From a virus: a stretch of DNA of 64,000 bases. The stretch lies in the IMG/VR virus record IMGVR_UViG_3300035182_001904; one strand, written 5' to 3'. A program made the translations under genes and the position numbers. Positions 35,651 to 44,425 of this stretch are shown here, one piece after another (the stretch's first letter is position 1; every line of letters starts with the position of its first letter). The notes below the pieces were generated by a model. It did no database searches and was not told the DNA's origin. It saw only the letters and a list, made by a program, of their open reading frames with translations.

Positions 35651-37432
35651 ATGGCGACAACGCTCGGACAGCACCTCGTCGACTCCATCCTCCCATCGAA
35701 GTGGCGAGGACAGGGGGCGCTCACCAAGGGGAACCTGAACAAGGTCCTCCTCGGTGTCGCAAAAGAGGACCCGAGCAAGTACCCCGACGTCGTGACCAAG
35801 CTCAAGCGTCTCGGTGACGAGGTCGCAACGCTCGACGGCATCTCCGTCGGCCTCGACGACATCGCGCCCCGTGTTGCTGAACGCGACGCTGCCTTGAAGC
35901 CGCACGTCGAAGCCTTTCGAAAGGCGACGACCAACGCGGACAAGGTCAAGACGCTCGTGGGCGGACAGAATGCGATGCTCATGCTGGCACGCAACCACCC
36001 AGGCACGATGGGCGAGATGGTTCGCGCCGGCGGTCGCGGCAATGCTGCACAACTCATGCGCACCGTGGGCGCACCCGTCTTCGCCGAAGACTCCAAGGGC
36101 AAGGTCATTCCGTGGCTCGTCGACAAGAGCTTCTCCGAAGGGCTCAAGCCTGCGGATGCGTGGATCATGGGCGGTCAGGCGCGTGTCAACGCGGTGGTCT
36201 CGAACATCTCGGTTGTCGAGCCCGGTGACCTTGCGAAGATCCTCGTCAACAACATGGGCGACCAGCTCGTGACGACGGTGGACTGCGGCACCAAGAACGG
36301 CATCGCGATGTTGCCGACCGACGCACACCTCATCGACCGCTACCAGGCGGGCACGAACAAGCTGATCACGCCGCAGTACGCGTCTCACCTTGCCAAAGAA
36401 GGCAAGGAGGTCATCGTCCGTTCTCCGATGACCTGCGAAGCTGCGCACGGCGTCTGTCAGCGCTGCCAAGGCCTGTCGTCTTCGGGTGGCATGCATTCGA
36501 TCGGAACGAACGTTGGCGTTCGCGCGGCTCAAGCGCTCGCCGAGCCGCTCACGCAGTTCGCCCTCAACGCGAAGCACGGCGGGCGCGTCGTCGGTGTTGA
36601 CGACGAGAAGCGGCTCGAGGGCATCAAAGGCGTGCGAGCCTTGCTCGAGATTCCGACATCGTTCGCACACAAGGCGGTACTTGCTGACCGCGACGGTTCC
36701 ATCACGAAGATCGACAAGGCTCCGCAGGGCGGTCACTACGTCTTCGTCGGCGACGGTAGCCACTACGTGCCTCCCGCACACAAGGTCGTCGTGGGCATCG
36801 GGCAATCGATGTATGCAGGGGACTTGCTCTCCGATGGCGTACCCAAGCCTGACGAGATCGTTCAACACAAAGGCCTCGGTGAAGGTCGACGCTACCTCGT
36901 CGACGCGCTCTCCGATGTCTACAAGCGCGCAGGCTCCGAGGTCGACAAGCGCCACCTCGAGACGCTCGCCAAGTCCGTGCTCAACCACGTCCAGATCATT
37001 GATCCCGGTCCCGACGACGCATTCATCAAGGGTGACGTCGTCGACTACAATCGGTTCCATGCGTCCCTGGCCGCATCCAAGAAACGCCTCCCGACGACAG
37101 ACGCGATCGGCGAGACGCTCGCGGACGGCATCCTCCACCACACGGCGGGTACTGTCGTGACGCAGCCAATCGCAGACCAGCTCGTACGCCACGGCGTGAC
37201 GTCGGTGATGACGTCCAGCCAGGGGCCGCGTGCACTGCCGTTCATGCGCCCGGCGTCGCGCACACCTCTTCTCAATCCGGATTGGATGGCACGCCTCGCA
37301 CACCGCTACCTCAAGGAGTCATTGCTAACAGGCATCCACCGCGGCGATGTCTCCAACCTACACGGGGCGTCCCCTGTTCCAGCGTACGCTGCAGGCACAG
37401 AGTTTGGCCTTGGTGAAGAGGGGCAATACTGA
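35651..37432 (+). CDS. rpoC: RNA polymerase beta' C-terminal half (RpoC2-like)
   Basis: KLKRLG..ATLDGISVGLDDI, bridge helix EPGDLAKILV, Zn site C..RSPMTC..GVCQRC, trigger loop AAQALAEPLTQFALNAKHGG, and KRHLETL. ATG at 35651. Confidence 0.92.
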   Translation: MATTLGQHLVDSILPSKWRGQGALTKGNLNKVLLGVAKEDPSKYPDVVTKLKRLGDEVATLDGISVGLDDIAPRVAERDAALKPHVEAFRKATTNADKVKTLVGGQNAMLMLARNHPGTMGEMVRAGGRGNAAQLMRTVGAPVFAEDSKGKVIPWLVDKSFSEGLKPADAWIMGGQARVNAVVSNISVVEPGDLAKILVNNMGDQLVTTVDCGTKNGIAMLPTDAHLIDRYQAGTNKLITPQYASHLAKEGKEVIVRSPMTCEAAHGVCQRCQGLSSSGGMHSIGTNVGVRAAQALAEPLTQFALNAKHGGRVVGVDDEKRLEGIKGVRALLEIPTSFAHKAVLADRDGSITKIDKAPQGGHYVFVGDGSHYVPPAHKVVVGIGQSMYAGDLLSDGVPKPDEIVQHKGLGEGRRYLVDALSDVYKRAGSEVDKRHLETLAKSVLNHVQIIDPGPDDAFIKGDVVDYNRFHASLAASKKRLPTTDAIGETLADGILHHTAGTVVTQPIADQLVRHGVTSVMTSSQGPRALPFMRPASRTPLLNPDWMARLAHRYLKESLLTGIHRGDVSNLHGASPVPAYAAGTEFGLGEEGQY

Positions 37433-37878
37433 TGATCGCTCGAGCACATGCAAAGGGTATCGAAGATGCCCTTGCGCGCTTCCAAGTCAAAGACGCGGGC
37501 ATCATGGAAGGCATCAAGCAGACCTTCATCGGACAGCCTGGGCGTGCTTTCGTGGAAGGACCGCGTACGTTCTCTCCGGGTGGAATGCTTTCCACCAAGA
37601 ACGTATGGTGGCCCAGCGTCAAGGGCCAGCCGTTGAACTGGATTGGACGTGCTGGCACGATCGCAGCACCGCTCATGGCACTCTCTGCCATGCGGTCAAA
37701 CCCGCAAGAGGGCCACCTATCAAACGCGCTCGGTGCGCTTGGTGGAATCGCTGGGAGCGCATATGGTTTCCCGGCGCTTGGCATGCTTGGCGGACCTCTT
37801 CTCGCACAAGCGGGCGCACGAGCTGGACGTGGCCTCGGACATCTACTCGGCAGTAAACCGAAGGACCTCTATCAATGA
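37432..37878 (+). CDS. Shared-motif protein with glycine-zipper C-terminus
   Basis: MIARAHAKGIEDALARFQVKDA... Confidence 0.75.
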   Translation: MIARAHAKGIEDALARFQVKDAGIMEGIKQTFIGQPGRAFVEGPRTFSPGGMLSTKNVWWPSVKGQPLNWIGRAGTIAAPLMALSAMRSNPQEGHLSNALGALGGIAGSAYGFPALGMLGGPLLAQAGARAGRGLGHLLGSKPKDLYQ

Positions 37879-38111
37879 TCAACGACGCCTATAATAAAGG
37901 CCGTACCGATGCACTCACCCGCTTCAAGCTCGCTCAAGGCATGGGCATGGGTGCTGGTGGTATGAATGTCGGTGGTGGCGTCGGCGGTGGCACGTCGGGC
38001 AGTCCTGGCGCAGCGGGAATGGCAGCACCACTGCCTCCCGCGATGGCCGCTCCAACATCCGCGGCGCCGCCCATGGCAGCGGGGGCTCAAAAGGCTCGCG
38101 CGCTCGGTTAG
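37875..38111 (+). CDS. Small shared-motif protein, Gly/Ala/Pro-rich
   Basis: MINDAYNKGRTDALTRFKLAQ... Confidence 0.7.
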   Translation: MINDAYNKGRTDALTRFKLAQGMGMGAGGMNVGGGVGGGTSGSPGAAGMAAPLPPAMAAPTSAAPPMAAGAQKARALG

Positions 38112-38119
38112 CGCAACTG

Positions 38120-38148
38120 TTGGATATTTGAGAGTCTCGTCCTATCAT
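38120..38148 (+). promoter_or_regulatory. Sigma70-like promoter TTGGAT-17-TATCAT
   Basis: TTGGAT at 38120-38125, 17-nt spacer, TATCAT at 38143-38148, ATG at 38184. Confidence 0.5.
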
Positions 38149-38183
38149 TTCGTCAATCTCTGCACAGCTTCCCCGAGGCAAAA

Positions 38184-39503
38184 ATGTTCAAGCATGCGTA
38201 CGTCCGTGGCATCCAGACCGCGTTGGTCAACAGCGGCGCAGCCGCGTTCCCCGACGAGACCACCGCGGCGAAGGTCGCGGACTACATCGCTGACCGTGTC
38301 GACATCGACCCTCTGAAGGGTGTGTCGCGCGAGGCGACCCACAAGATCGGGACGGACCTGGTCGCAGCCTCCGACTGGATCAAGCAGCAGCCCGGCTTCA
38401 AGGCGGCGAGCTTCAACAAGCTCGCGACGTGGGAAGACGTCGCGCAGCTCGCGGATCGCAACGCGACCCAGCTGATGACGAAGGCCGCCGAGGGCTCGAC
38501 CATCGAGGGTGGCGACAAGGGGAACACCCAAGCCGAGGCGCCCGCGGGCGAGACCAAGATGGACGCCTCGCAGCGTCCTCCCGGCTATGCCGAGGACAGC
38601 CGCGGCAAGACCGAGATCGACACCCGGCCGGGCACGGTCGGCAAGGAAGAGGAGCAGCCGAACAAGCCCAAGGAGACCGACTCCAAGGACAACTCGGTGC
38701 AGGAGCACTCGCGCACCGCGTCGCTCGCTGACCTCTTCCGCAAGTCGGCCGAGGGCTCGACGATCATGGGTGGCGACAAGGGCAACACCGCCATGTCGTC
38801 GGCCGAGGCCAAGATGGACGCGGCACAACGTCCCGCAGGCTACGCCGTCCTGCCCACGCAGGGTGCACTCGGCGCGATGATGAACCTCGTCGGCGGCCCC
38901 GCGGTCGTCGGCAAGGAGACCGCGCAGCCGAACAAGCCCGGCGAGTCGCCGAGCGGTTCGAACTCGGTGACCCAGCAGTCCGCCAAGGCGGCTGCCGAGG
39001 ACCCGTACATCGCGCTCTTCAAGAAGGTCGCTGCCGAGGTGCACGAGTACCTCCCGGGCGGTCTCCACGAGAACGCCAAGATCGCCGCGGTCCGCGCCTG
39101 CATGGGCATGACGACCGAGGAGAAGGCGTACTACCTCCGCGGCCTGCAGAAGGAGGCGGCGGATGCGTCGACGGGTTCTTCCAGCCTGCCGCCGGGCTCG
39201 CGCGGTGATCGCTACCGTGAGCACAACCCGGACGCGACGCACTCGCGGCCCGGCGCCTACGATGGCCGCTCTGGCAACCAGGGCACCAAGCAGGCCGACG
39301 ACCTCCCGCCCTTCATGAAGAAGGACGAGAAGGACGAGAAGAAGGACGACGACAAGGAGAAGGACAAGGGCGGCATGCCCGACTTCATCCGCGAGAAGAT
39401 CGAGGGCAAGAAGCACGAGGAAGGCGAGTCGAAGAAGGAAGAGCACAAGGAGGCCTCGCTTCGCGACTTCTTCCGTCGCATCGACGCGGCACAGCGCGCG
39501 TGA
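38184..39503 (+). CDS. Head/core-type protein with shared motif and internal 87-aa duplication
   Basis: MFKHAYVRGIQTAL. Two KxAEGSTIxGGDKGNT..KMDA.QRP.GYA..VGKE..QPNKP repeats and many K-x-A sites. Confidence 0.8.
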   Translation: MFKHAYVRGIQTALVNSGAAAFPDETTAAKVADYIADRVDIDPLKGVSREATHKIGTDLVAASDWIKQQPGFKAASFNKLATWEDVAQLADRNATQLMTKAAEGSTIEGGDKGNTQAEAPAGETKMDASQRPPGYAEDSRGKTEIDTRPGTVGKEEEQPNKPKETDSKDNSVQEHSRTASLADLFRKSAEGSTIMGGDKGNTAMSSAEAKMDAAQRPAGYAVLPTQGALGAMMNLVGGPAVVGKETAQPNKPGESPSGSNSVTQQSAKAAAEDPYIALFKKVAAEVHEYLPGGLHENAKIAAVRACMGMTTEEKAYYLRGLQKEAADASTGSSSLPPGSRGDRYREHNPDATHSRPGAYDGRSGNQGTKQADDLPPFMKKDEKDEKKDDDKEKDKGGMPDFIREKIEGKKHEEGESKKEEHKEASLRDFFRRIDAAQRA

Positions 39504-39667
39504 GCCTTCCGCGCCACATCCGCGAAATGGGGCGTCTCGTCGTCGAAGAGAAGCTTGCTGAGATCCTGAACCCGACCCTCGGCTCGCTCAAGGCGCAGAA
39601 GACGAAGCAGCTGGGCGGTCTTCCTGACGCGAATCTCTCCAAAGTCGTCAGCTTCCCCAGTTCGTAG
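39500..39667 (+). CDS. Small protein (55 aa, not in ORF track)
   Basis: GTGA-coupled. MSLPRHIREMGRLVVEEKLAEIL...FPSS fills the gap exactly. Confidence 0.5.
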   Translation: MSLPRHIREMGRLVVEEKLAEILNPTLGSLKAQKTKQLGGLPDANLSKVVSFPSS

Positions 39668-39679
39668 ACGAGGTCCCAT

Positions 39680-42600
39680 ATGCCGGCAATGTCGCCCCGC
39701 ACTCAACAGCTCCAGGCCGGCATGAACGCGGGTCCCGACCAAGAGACAGCCCTGTTCGAACAGGGCATGTCGGAGATGGCGTACAACCTGCTGTCGACGC
39801 GTATGCCTGACCTGATGCAAGACGTCGTCACCTTCAAGGTGCTCGATGTCGACATCGACAAAGGGTCAGGTGTGGGGTCGTTCGTGGTCTTGCGCCACAA
39901 CCAACCGATCTACGTTCCGGTGGTGATGGTCGACAACGCCATCAAGCCGCTCGAGGTCTTCTATCACAAGGCCCTGAACGTCTTCCTGCCGCTCTCCAAG
40001 GGTTGGCTCGACGAGATCGACAAGACCGGACTCGCGTCCTTGGGCGCGGGTGTCAAGACGCCCGAGACGCTCTACACAGACGTCGACATCCGCAACGTCG
40101 TCGTGCCGCCGATCACCGGCCGATTCTCGTATGCCTCGTGGGTGCCCAAGGCGCTCATCGACGTCGCACGGGTGATGACGGTGGAGACGCTCGAGAAGGT
40201 CGCGAGCGAAGCAGACCTCATGCTCCCGTCGTTGCTCTCGGCCGCGCCGAACACGATGAAGGCTGCCTACGTCCGACTTCTCGAACGGAACCCGACGCTG
40301 TTCAAGCAGGCGGCGTCGACGTACGGCATGAAGACGCTCGCGGCCGCACTTCAGCCCCGCCTCGAGAAGGTCGCGGCCAGGCAGCAACATGGCGGTGCGC
40401 TGTGGATCGCCGACGCCGACAACACACCGACCGACTTCAAGCGCATCTTCGGTGACAAGGCCGGGGAGGCGTACACGGGTGTGCGCAAGAAGGGCTTCGC
40501 CGCCAAGGACGAGCGCCTGAACCGCAACATGGCGGTGCAAGAGCAGCCCTACGAGCACTGGGTCGAGCCCAAGCAGCCCGGCATCTACACGCTCTACGCA
40601 TCGGACGGGAAGGAGCGCACCGCGTTCGTGATGCCCTTCCCGATCGATCTGTTCGATGAGGGCACGCGTTACGGCCGACGTCCGGCCGTTCCCGCACACA
40701 ACCCACTCGTCGACAACTCGTACACCGATCCCGAGACGCACGGCAGCTCGAACAAGGTCTACCCGCACGGGCGGCCAGACGAGGGCAGCTACGCCACGCG
40801 CCGTGGGTATGACGCCAAGCCGTTCCTCGCGGTGTTCGACAACGGTGACTACATCGAGCCGAACAGGCTCGTGGGCCGTGATTCGATCGCGGACGGTGTC
40901 GGCGGTTCGTTGCATGCCCGCATGTTCACGGACGTCAGTGGTGAGCCCAAGGCGGGCAAGGGCTTCTTCGTCCGCCAGCGCGGCACCACGTTCCAAGCGA
41001 CGGGTCCCGTCACGATCAAGTCGATCTCGACGGGGTCGGATGGCGTCCGTCGCATCAAGGCGACGCCTGGAGACTTCGGTCCCGAGAAGACGCTCTCGAC
41101 CGACGCAGCGTATCCGTACAACACGATCTGGATGCCCAAGGGCGCCGATGTCGTCTACCTTCCGACGGACTTCATCTGGGTGCCGCTTAAGGTGCGCCTC
41201 AACGAGCGCGGCTGGTTCCAGTCAGCGCTCGACCTACAGGCATGTGTCTCGAACATGCTCTCCGCGGTCGGCGCGAAGAAGGTCTCGATCAAGGACGCAG
41301 GCGCCAAGCAGTTCTCCATCAACGGGATGGCACCGCTGAGCTTCGTGCCCGCGCTCAAGAAGCTCGCATTCGCGTGCAACATCTCGGTCGTCGATGCCGA
41401 GGCGTTGCTCGTCAAGACGGCAGCAGACCACAAGGCGACTGCGTGGATTGCGACGAGCCAACAGCTCGCGCGGGTGCAGATGCGCCTCGACAAGCTTGCG
41501 GATCAAACACCCGGTTGGTGGCGTCAGTACGCGCCGCACGCCGAACATGCAACCGTGATGCATGACGCGCACGCCGACATGCGCCTGCCGGACGGTCACG
41601 TCATTCAGAAGGGTGAGAGCATCGCGATCCTGCCCTACGACCATGATCGTGGTTGCGTTCCAATCGTGACATCCACCGGACATCACTTCTCGATCGGTCA
41701 CGAAAAGTCGGCAGCGTTGAAGTCGTACTTCAAAGGCGCGGCGGACGACGACAAGAAGAAGTCCGACTCCGACAAGCCGAAGAAGAAGGCGCCCCCGAGC
41801 GACGGACCTCCGGGCGGCGATCCCGGCATGGACCCGAGCATGGGCGGCGACCCGAACCTCGGCCAGGACGCGGCGATGGCCGCCATGGGCCAGGCTCCTC
41901 CGGCCCCGCCTCCGCCCGCTCCACTCGACCTCGCGGCGATGGAGATGGACCAGCACATCCAGCAGGAGATGCAGAAGCTGGTCGAGAAGCAGCAGACCAT
42001 CCAGATGCTGCTCCAGCGCTCGTCCGAGATCGCGGGTGGCGCGCCTCCTGCGCCGAGCGTGCAGACGCAGGCGATGGGCGCTCCTCCGTCTTCGATGAAT
42101 CTCGCGACGGGGCAACCCGGCATGCCGCCTGGCATGACGGCAGGCATGGGTGCACCGCCCCAAGACCCGTCGATGGGTGCCGCTGTTCCGCCGGGCATGC
42201 CGCCGGGCGGCGCGTTCCCGCCGGCTGCAGGTGACCCGTCGATGATGGGTGGCCAGGCGCAACAGGACCCGTCGATGAGCATGGGCGGACAGCCCGGCAT
42301 GGATCCGTCGATGAGCATGGGCGGACAGCTCGGCATGGATCCGTCGATGGGCATGGGCGGACAGCCCGGCATGGGACAAGACCCATCGATGATGAGTGGC
42401 ATGGGCGGACAGCCCGGCATGGATCCGTCGATGGGTCAGCAGCAACAGCCGCCCAACGCGACGATGCCGCCAGACGGCCCGAACGCGCAGACGCTTCCGC
42501 AGGAGGTCAATCCGCACTTCCTCGATCAAGCCGCGCAGTTGCATTCGGCAGACATGTTCGACGCAGCTGCTGTGGCAACGCTCGCGCAGTCGCCGGCACT

Positions 42601-42835
42601 TCATAGCGTGGTGGGCCAGTACCTGCCGAACCTCGAGAAGGCGGTCGACAACCTCGCGCGCGTCATGTTGACGCTGTGGATGCAGGAGTCCGCCCTCAAG
42701 CCGCAGATCGGTGAGCAGACCTTCTCGGGACTCGAGGACAACCTCCAGTCGACGTTCAAGGGGCTTGGTGACCTGGTCCTGCGCTTGAGCCGCGGGGTGC
42801 AGGCCGTCAAGGAGCCGGACGACCATGCGTCGTGA
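39680..42835 (+). CDS. Large virion-module protein (1051 aa) with Pro/Gly/Met-rich region
   Basis: GAGG RBS, multiple K-x-A sites and MGGQPGMDPS repeats. Confidence 0.8.
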   Translation: MPAMSPRTQQLQAGMNAGPDQETALFEQGMSEMAYNLLSTRMPDLMQDVVTFKVLDVDIDKGSGVGSFVVLRHNQPIYVPVVMVDNAIKPLEVFYHKALNVFLPLSKGWLDEIDKTGLASLGAGVKTPETLYTDVDIRNVVVPPITGRFSYASWVPKALIDVARVMTVETLEKVASEADLMLPSLLSAAPNTMKAAYVRLLERNPTLFKQAASTYGMKTLAAALQPRLEKVAARQQHGGALWIADADNTPTDFKRIFGDKAGEAYTGVRKKGFAAKDERLNRNMAVQEQPYEHWVEPKQPGIYTLYASDGKERTAFVMPFPIDLFDEGTRYGRRPAVPAHNPLVDNSYTDPETHGSSNKVYPHGRPDEGSYATRRGYDAKPFLAVFDNGDYIEPNRLVGRDSIADGVGGSLHARMFTDVSGEPKAGKGFFVRQRGTTFQATGPVTIKSISTGSDGVRRIKATPGDFGPEKTLSTDAAYPYNTIWMPKGADVVYLPTDFIWVPLKVRLNERGWFQSALDLQACVSNMLSAVGAKKVSIKDAGAKQFSINGMAPLSFVPALKKLAFACNISVVDAEALLVKTAADHKATAWIATSQQLARVQMRLDKLADQTPGWWRQYAPHAEHATVMHDAHADMRLPDGHVIQKGESIAILPYDHDRGCVPIVTSTGHHFSIGHEKSAALKSYFKGAADDDKKKSDSDKPKKKAPPSDGPPGGDPGMDPSMGGDPNLGQDAAMAAMGQAPPAPPPPAPLDLAAMEMDQHIQQEMQKLVEKQQTIQMLLQRSSEIAGGAPPAPSVQTQAMGAPPSSMNLATGQPGMPPGMTAGMGAPPQDPSMGAAVPPGMPPGGAFPPAAGDPSMMGGQAQQDPSMSMGGQPGMDPSMSMGGQLGMDPSMGMGGQPGMGQDPSMMSGMGGQPGMDPSMGQQQQPPNATMPPDGPNAQTLPQEVNPHFLDQAAQLHSADMFDAAAVATLAQSPALHSVVGQYLPNLEKAVDNLARVMLTLWMQESALKPQIGEQTFSGLEDNLQSTFKGLGDLVLRLSRGVQAVKEPDDHAS
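42266..42434. repeat. In-frame ~36-bp tandem repeats (DPSMxMGGQPGM) x4
   Basis: gayccgtcgatgrgcatgggcggacagcycggcatg x3 plus one expanded copy. Confidence 0.9.
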
Positions 42836-43496
42836 ACGCAGCCCCGACGACCGCTACCAAGCGGTGATGCGGTCGCCGCACGCGCCTGCACACGCGTACG
42901 AAGCTGCCCTTTGGAACTTCAAGACCCAAGGCGTTGCGGACGACGTGATCGAACGCGTGGTCGACGTGTACGAAGACGCGTTCGAACGCGAGCTGCTTCA
43001 AGCGTGGATCATCGCCGGTGCGTCTGACGAGGACATCAGCACACGGGGCGGCGTGCCTCCTGAACTTCTCTCGCCCTATCGCCATCTCTGCTGCAACGTT
43101 GCCGCGTTCCGCGATCGACTTGAGATGATGCGCTGGGTCAACATGTACAAGGGCTCGCGAACGGGCAAAGTCATGCTCGAGCGCGCGCTGCACTTCGACG
43201 GCATCGAGGCGATCGCACACCTCAGCGGTCGCAAGACTGTGCTTTCACCAGACCACGTCAACGAACAAGCCATGCGCGAGTCATACTTCCGCAGCATCAG
43301 CACGCTGCGTGCTTCGAGCATCGCAGGCCCGGATGCGCTCGCGGCTCACCAGCTGATGAAGACGGCGATGACGGCTGCGCAAGCGGCGGCAAACCGCGGC
43401 GAGCCGAACATGGCGGAGACGCTGCTCAAGCTCAAGCACCGCGAGGTGACGTGGCATGTCGAGGACATCGTGCCTCACGGGGAGATCCTTCACTGA
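42825..43496 (+). CDS. Hypothetical protein (possible HTH)
   Basis: 223 aa. IIAGASDEDISTRGGVPPELL resembles an HTH. Confidence 0.7.
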   Translation: MRRERSPDDRYQAVMRSPHAPAHAYEAALWNFKTQGVADDVIERVVDVYEDAFERELLQAWIIAGASDEDISTRGGVPPELLSPYRHLCCNVAAFRDRLEMMRWVNMYKGSRTGKVMLERALHFDGIEAIAHLSGRKTVLSPDHVNEQAMRESYFRSISTLRASSIAGPDALAAHQLMKTAMTAAQAAANRGEPNMAETLLKLKHREVTWHVEDIVPHGEILH

Positions 43497-44425
43497 TGCG
43501 TGCATTTCGCGAACAAGACTTCGATCAGATGGCCGAGCGGGTCGTCGATCGGTTCATGAACGGTGACAAGCTTGCCGATGCTGCGACCGCTGAGGCCGCA
43601 CAAGGTTCGCTGAACCCTGACCAGATCGCGCGCATGGTCCAGGCCGCGAACACGCAGGCGTTCCTGCGTCTCATGGACCAGCAGAAGGCCCAAGGACAGC
43701 CGGACATGACGAACGAGTTCGATCCGATCGACGCTCGTCAGATCGTTCAACAGCTCATCGGGCAGGTCGACGTTCCGCACATGGCTCCTGGTGGCGACGC
43801 TGGGGGCATGCCCCACGCGGAGCCCGACGGCGACGAAGGGCCGCTGCCCAACGAGATGCAGCGCCACGATCTCGCGGGCGACGAACCTGCGGTGCCTGCT
43901 GACGACGACGACGGCGCTGACGACAACGACGGTCCGTTCCCCAAAGGACCGAAGCAGAAGGCCAAGGACGACGAGGACAAGCCGAAGAAGAAGGCGCCGC
44001 CGTTCCCGCCCAAGAAGGACGAAGCCAAAGAGGCGGCGTTCCGCGATCGCCGCATCATGAAGCTGGCAGCGGTCCTCGAGGACCAGTACAAGCAGGCCGA
44101 GTGGGCGTTCGAAGACGCGTTCACCAACCTCGGAACGTTGCTCAAGCGCGCATCGGGGGCGCCCACCGCGGCTGCGTTCGAGAAGGACGCGCTCGCGCTG
44201 CACAACCACGAGATCGGTCTCGTGGTGTTGAACATGGTCAAGGAGAGCCAGGGCCTCGCGCCGATCTCCTTCGACGACGCGCACGCGAAGGTCGCGGCAC
44301 TCGCAGATCGTCATCTCGTCGACGAGACCGACGCCAACCGAACGTTCGCCACGCTGGTCAAGATCGCCGTCGAGGCCAACCGGCTCCGTCTCGGTGCCGC
44401 ACACGCGAGGTCCCAGTGCAGCTAG
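43496..44425 (+). CDS. Hypothetical head-module protein
   Basis: TGATG-coupled start MRAFREQDF. Acidic linker and KEAA/KLAA/KVAA/KIA sites. Confidence 0.75.
   Translation: MRAFREQDFDQMAERVVDRFMNGDKLADAATAEAAQGSLNPDQIARMVQAANTQAFLRLMDQQKAQGQPDMTNEFDPIDARQIVQQLIGQVDVPHMAPGGDAGGMPHAEPDGDEGPLPNEMQRHDLAGDEPAVPADDDDGADDNDGPFPKGPKQKAKDDEDKPKKKAPPFPPKKDEAKEAAFRDRRIMKLAAVLEDQYKQAEWAFEDAFTNLGTLLKRASGAPTAAAFEKDALALHNHEIGLVVLNMVKESQGLAPISFDDAHAKVAALADRHLVDETDANRTFATLVKIAVEANRLRLGAAHARSQCS

Noticed and set aside
27728-37432. A cellular rpoBC operon (i.e. a bacterial chromosome segment)
   Set aside because: There are no flanking ribosomal-protein genes, the subunits are reduced and re-split, and the neighbours are portal, protease and capsid genes.
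37888-37895. CCTATAAT as a leaderless promoter
   Set aside because: It lies inside a CDS, encoding A-Y-N of the shared motif, and no start codon follows at 5-6 nt. It may be a by-product, so it is not listed as a promoter feature.
42825-43496. Small terminase subunit assignment
   Set aside because: Only a vague HTH-like stretch supports it and the gene is far from terL, so it is left as hypothetical.
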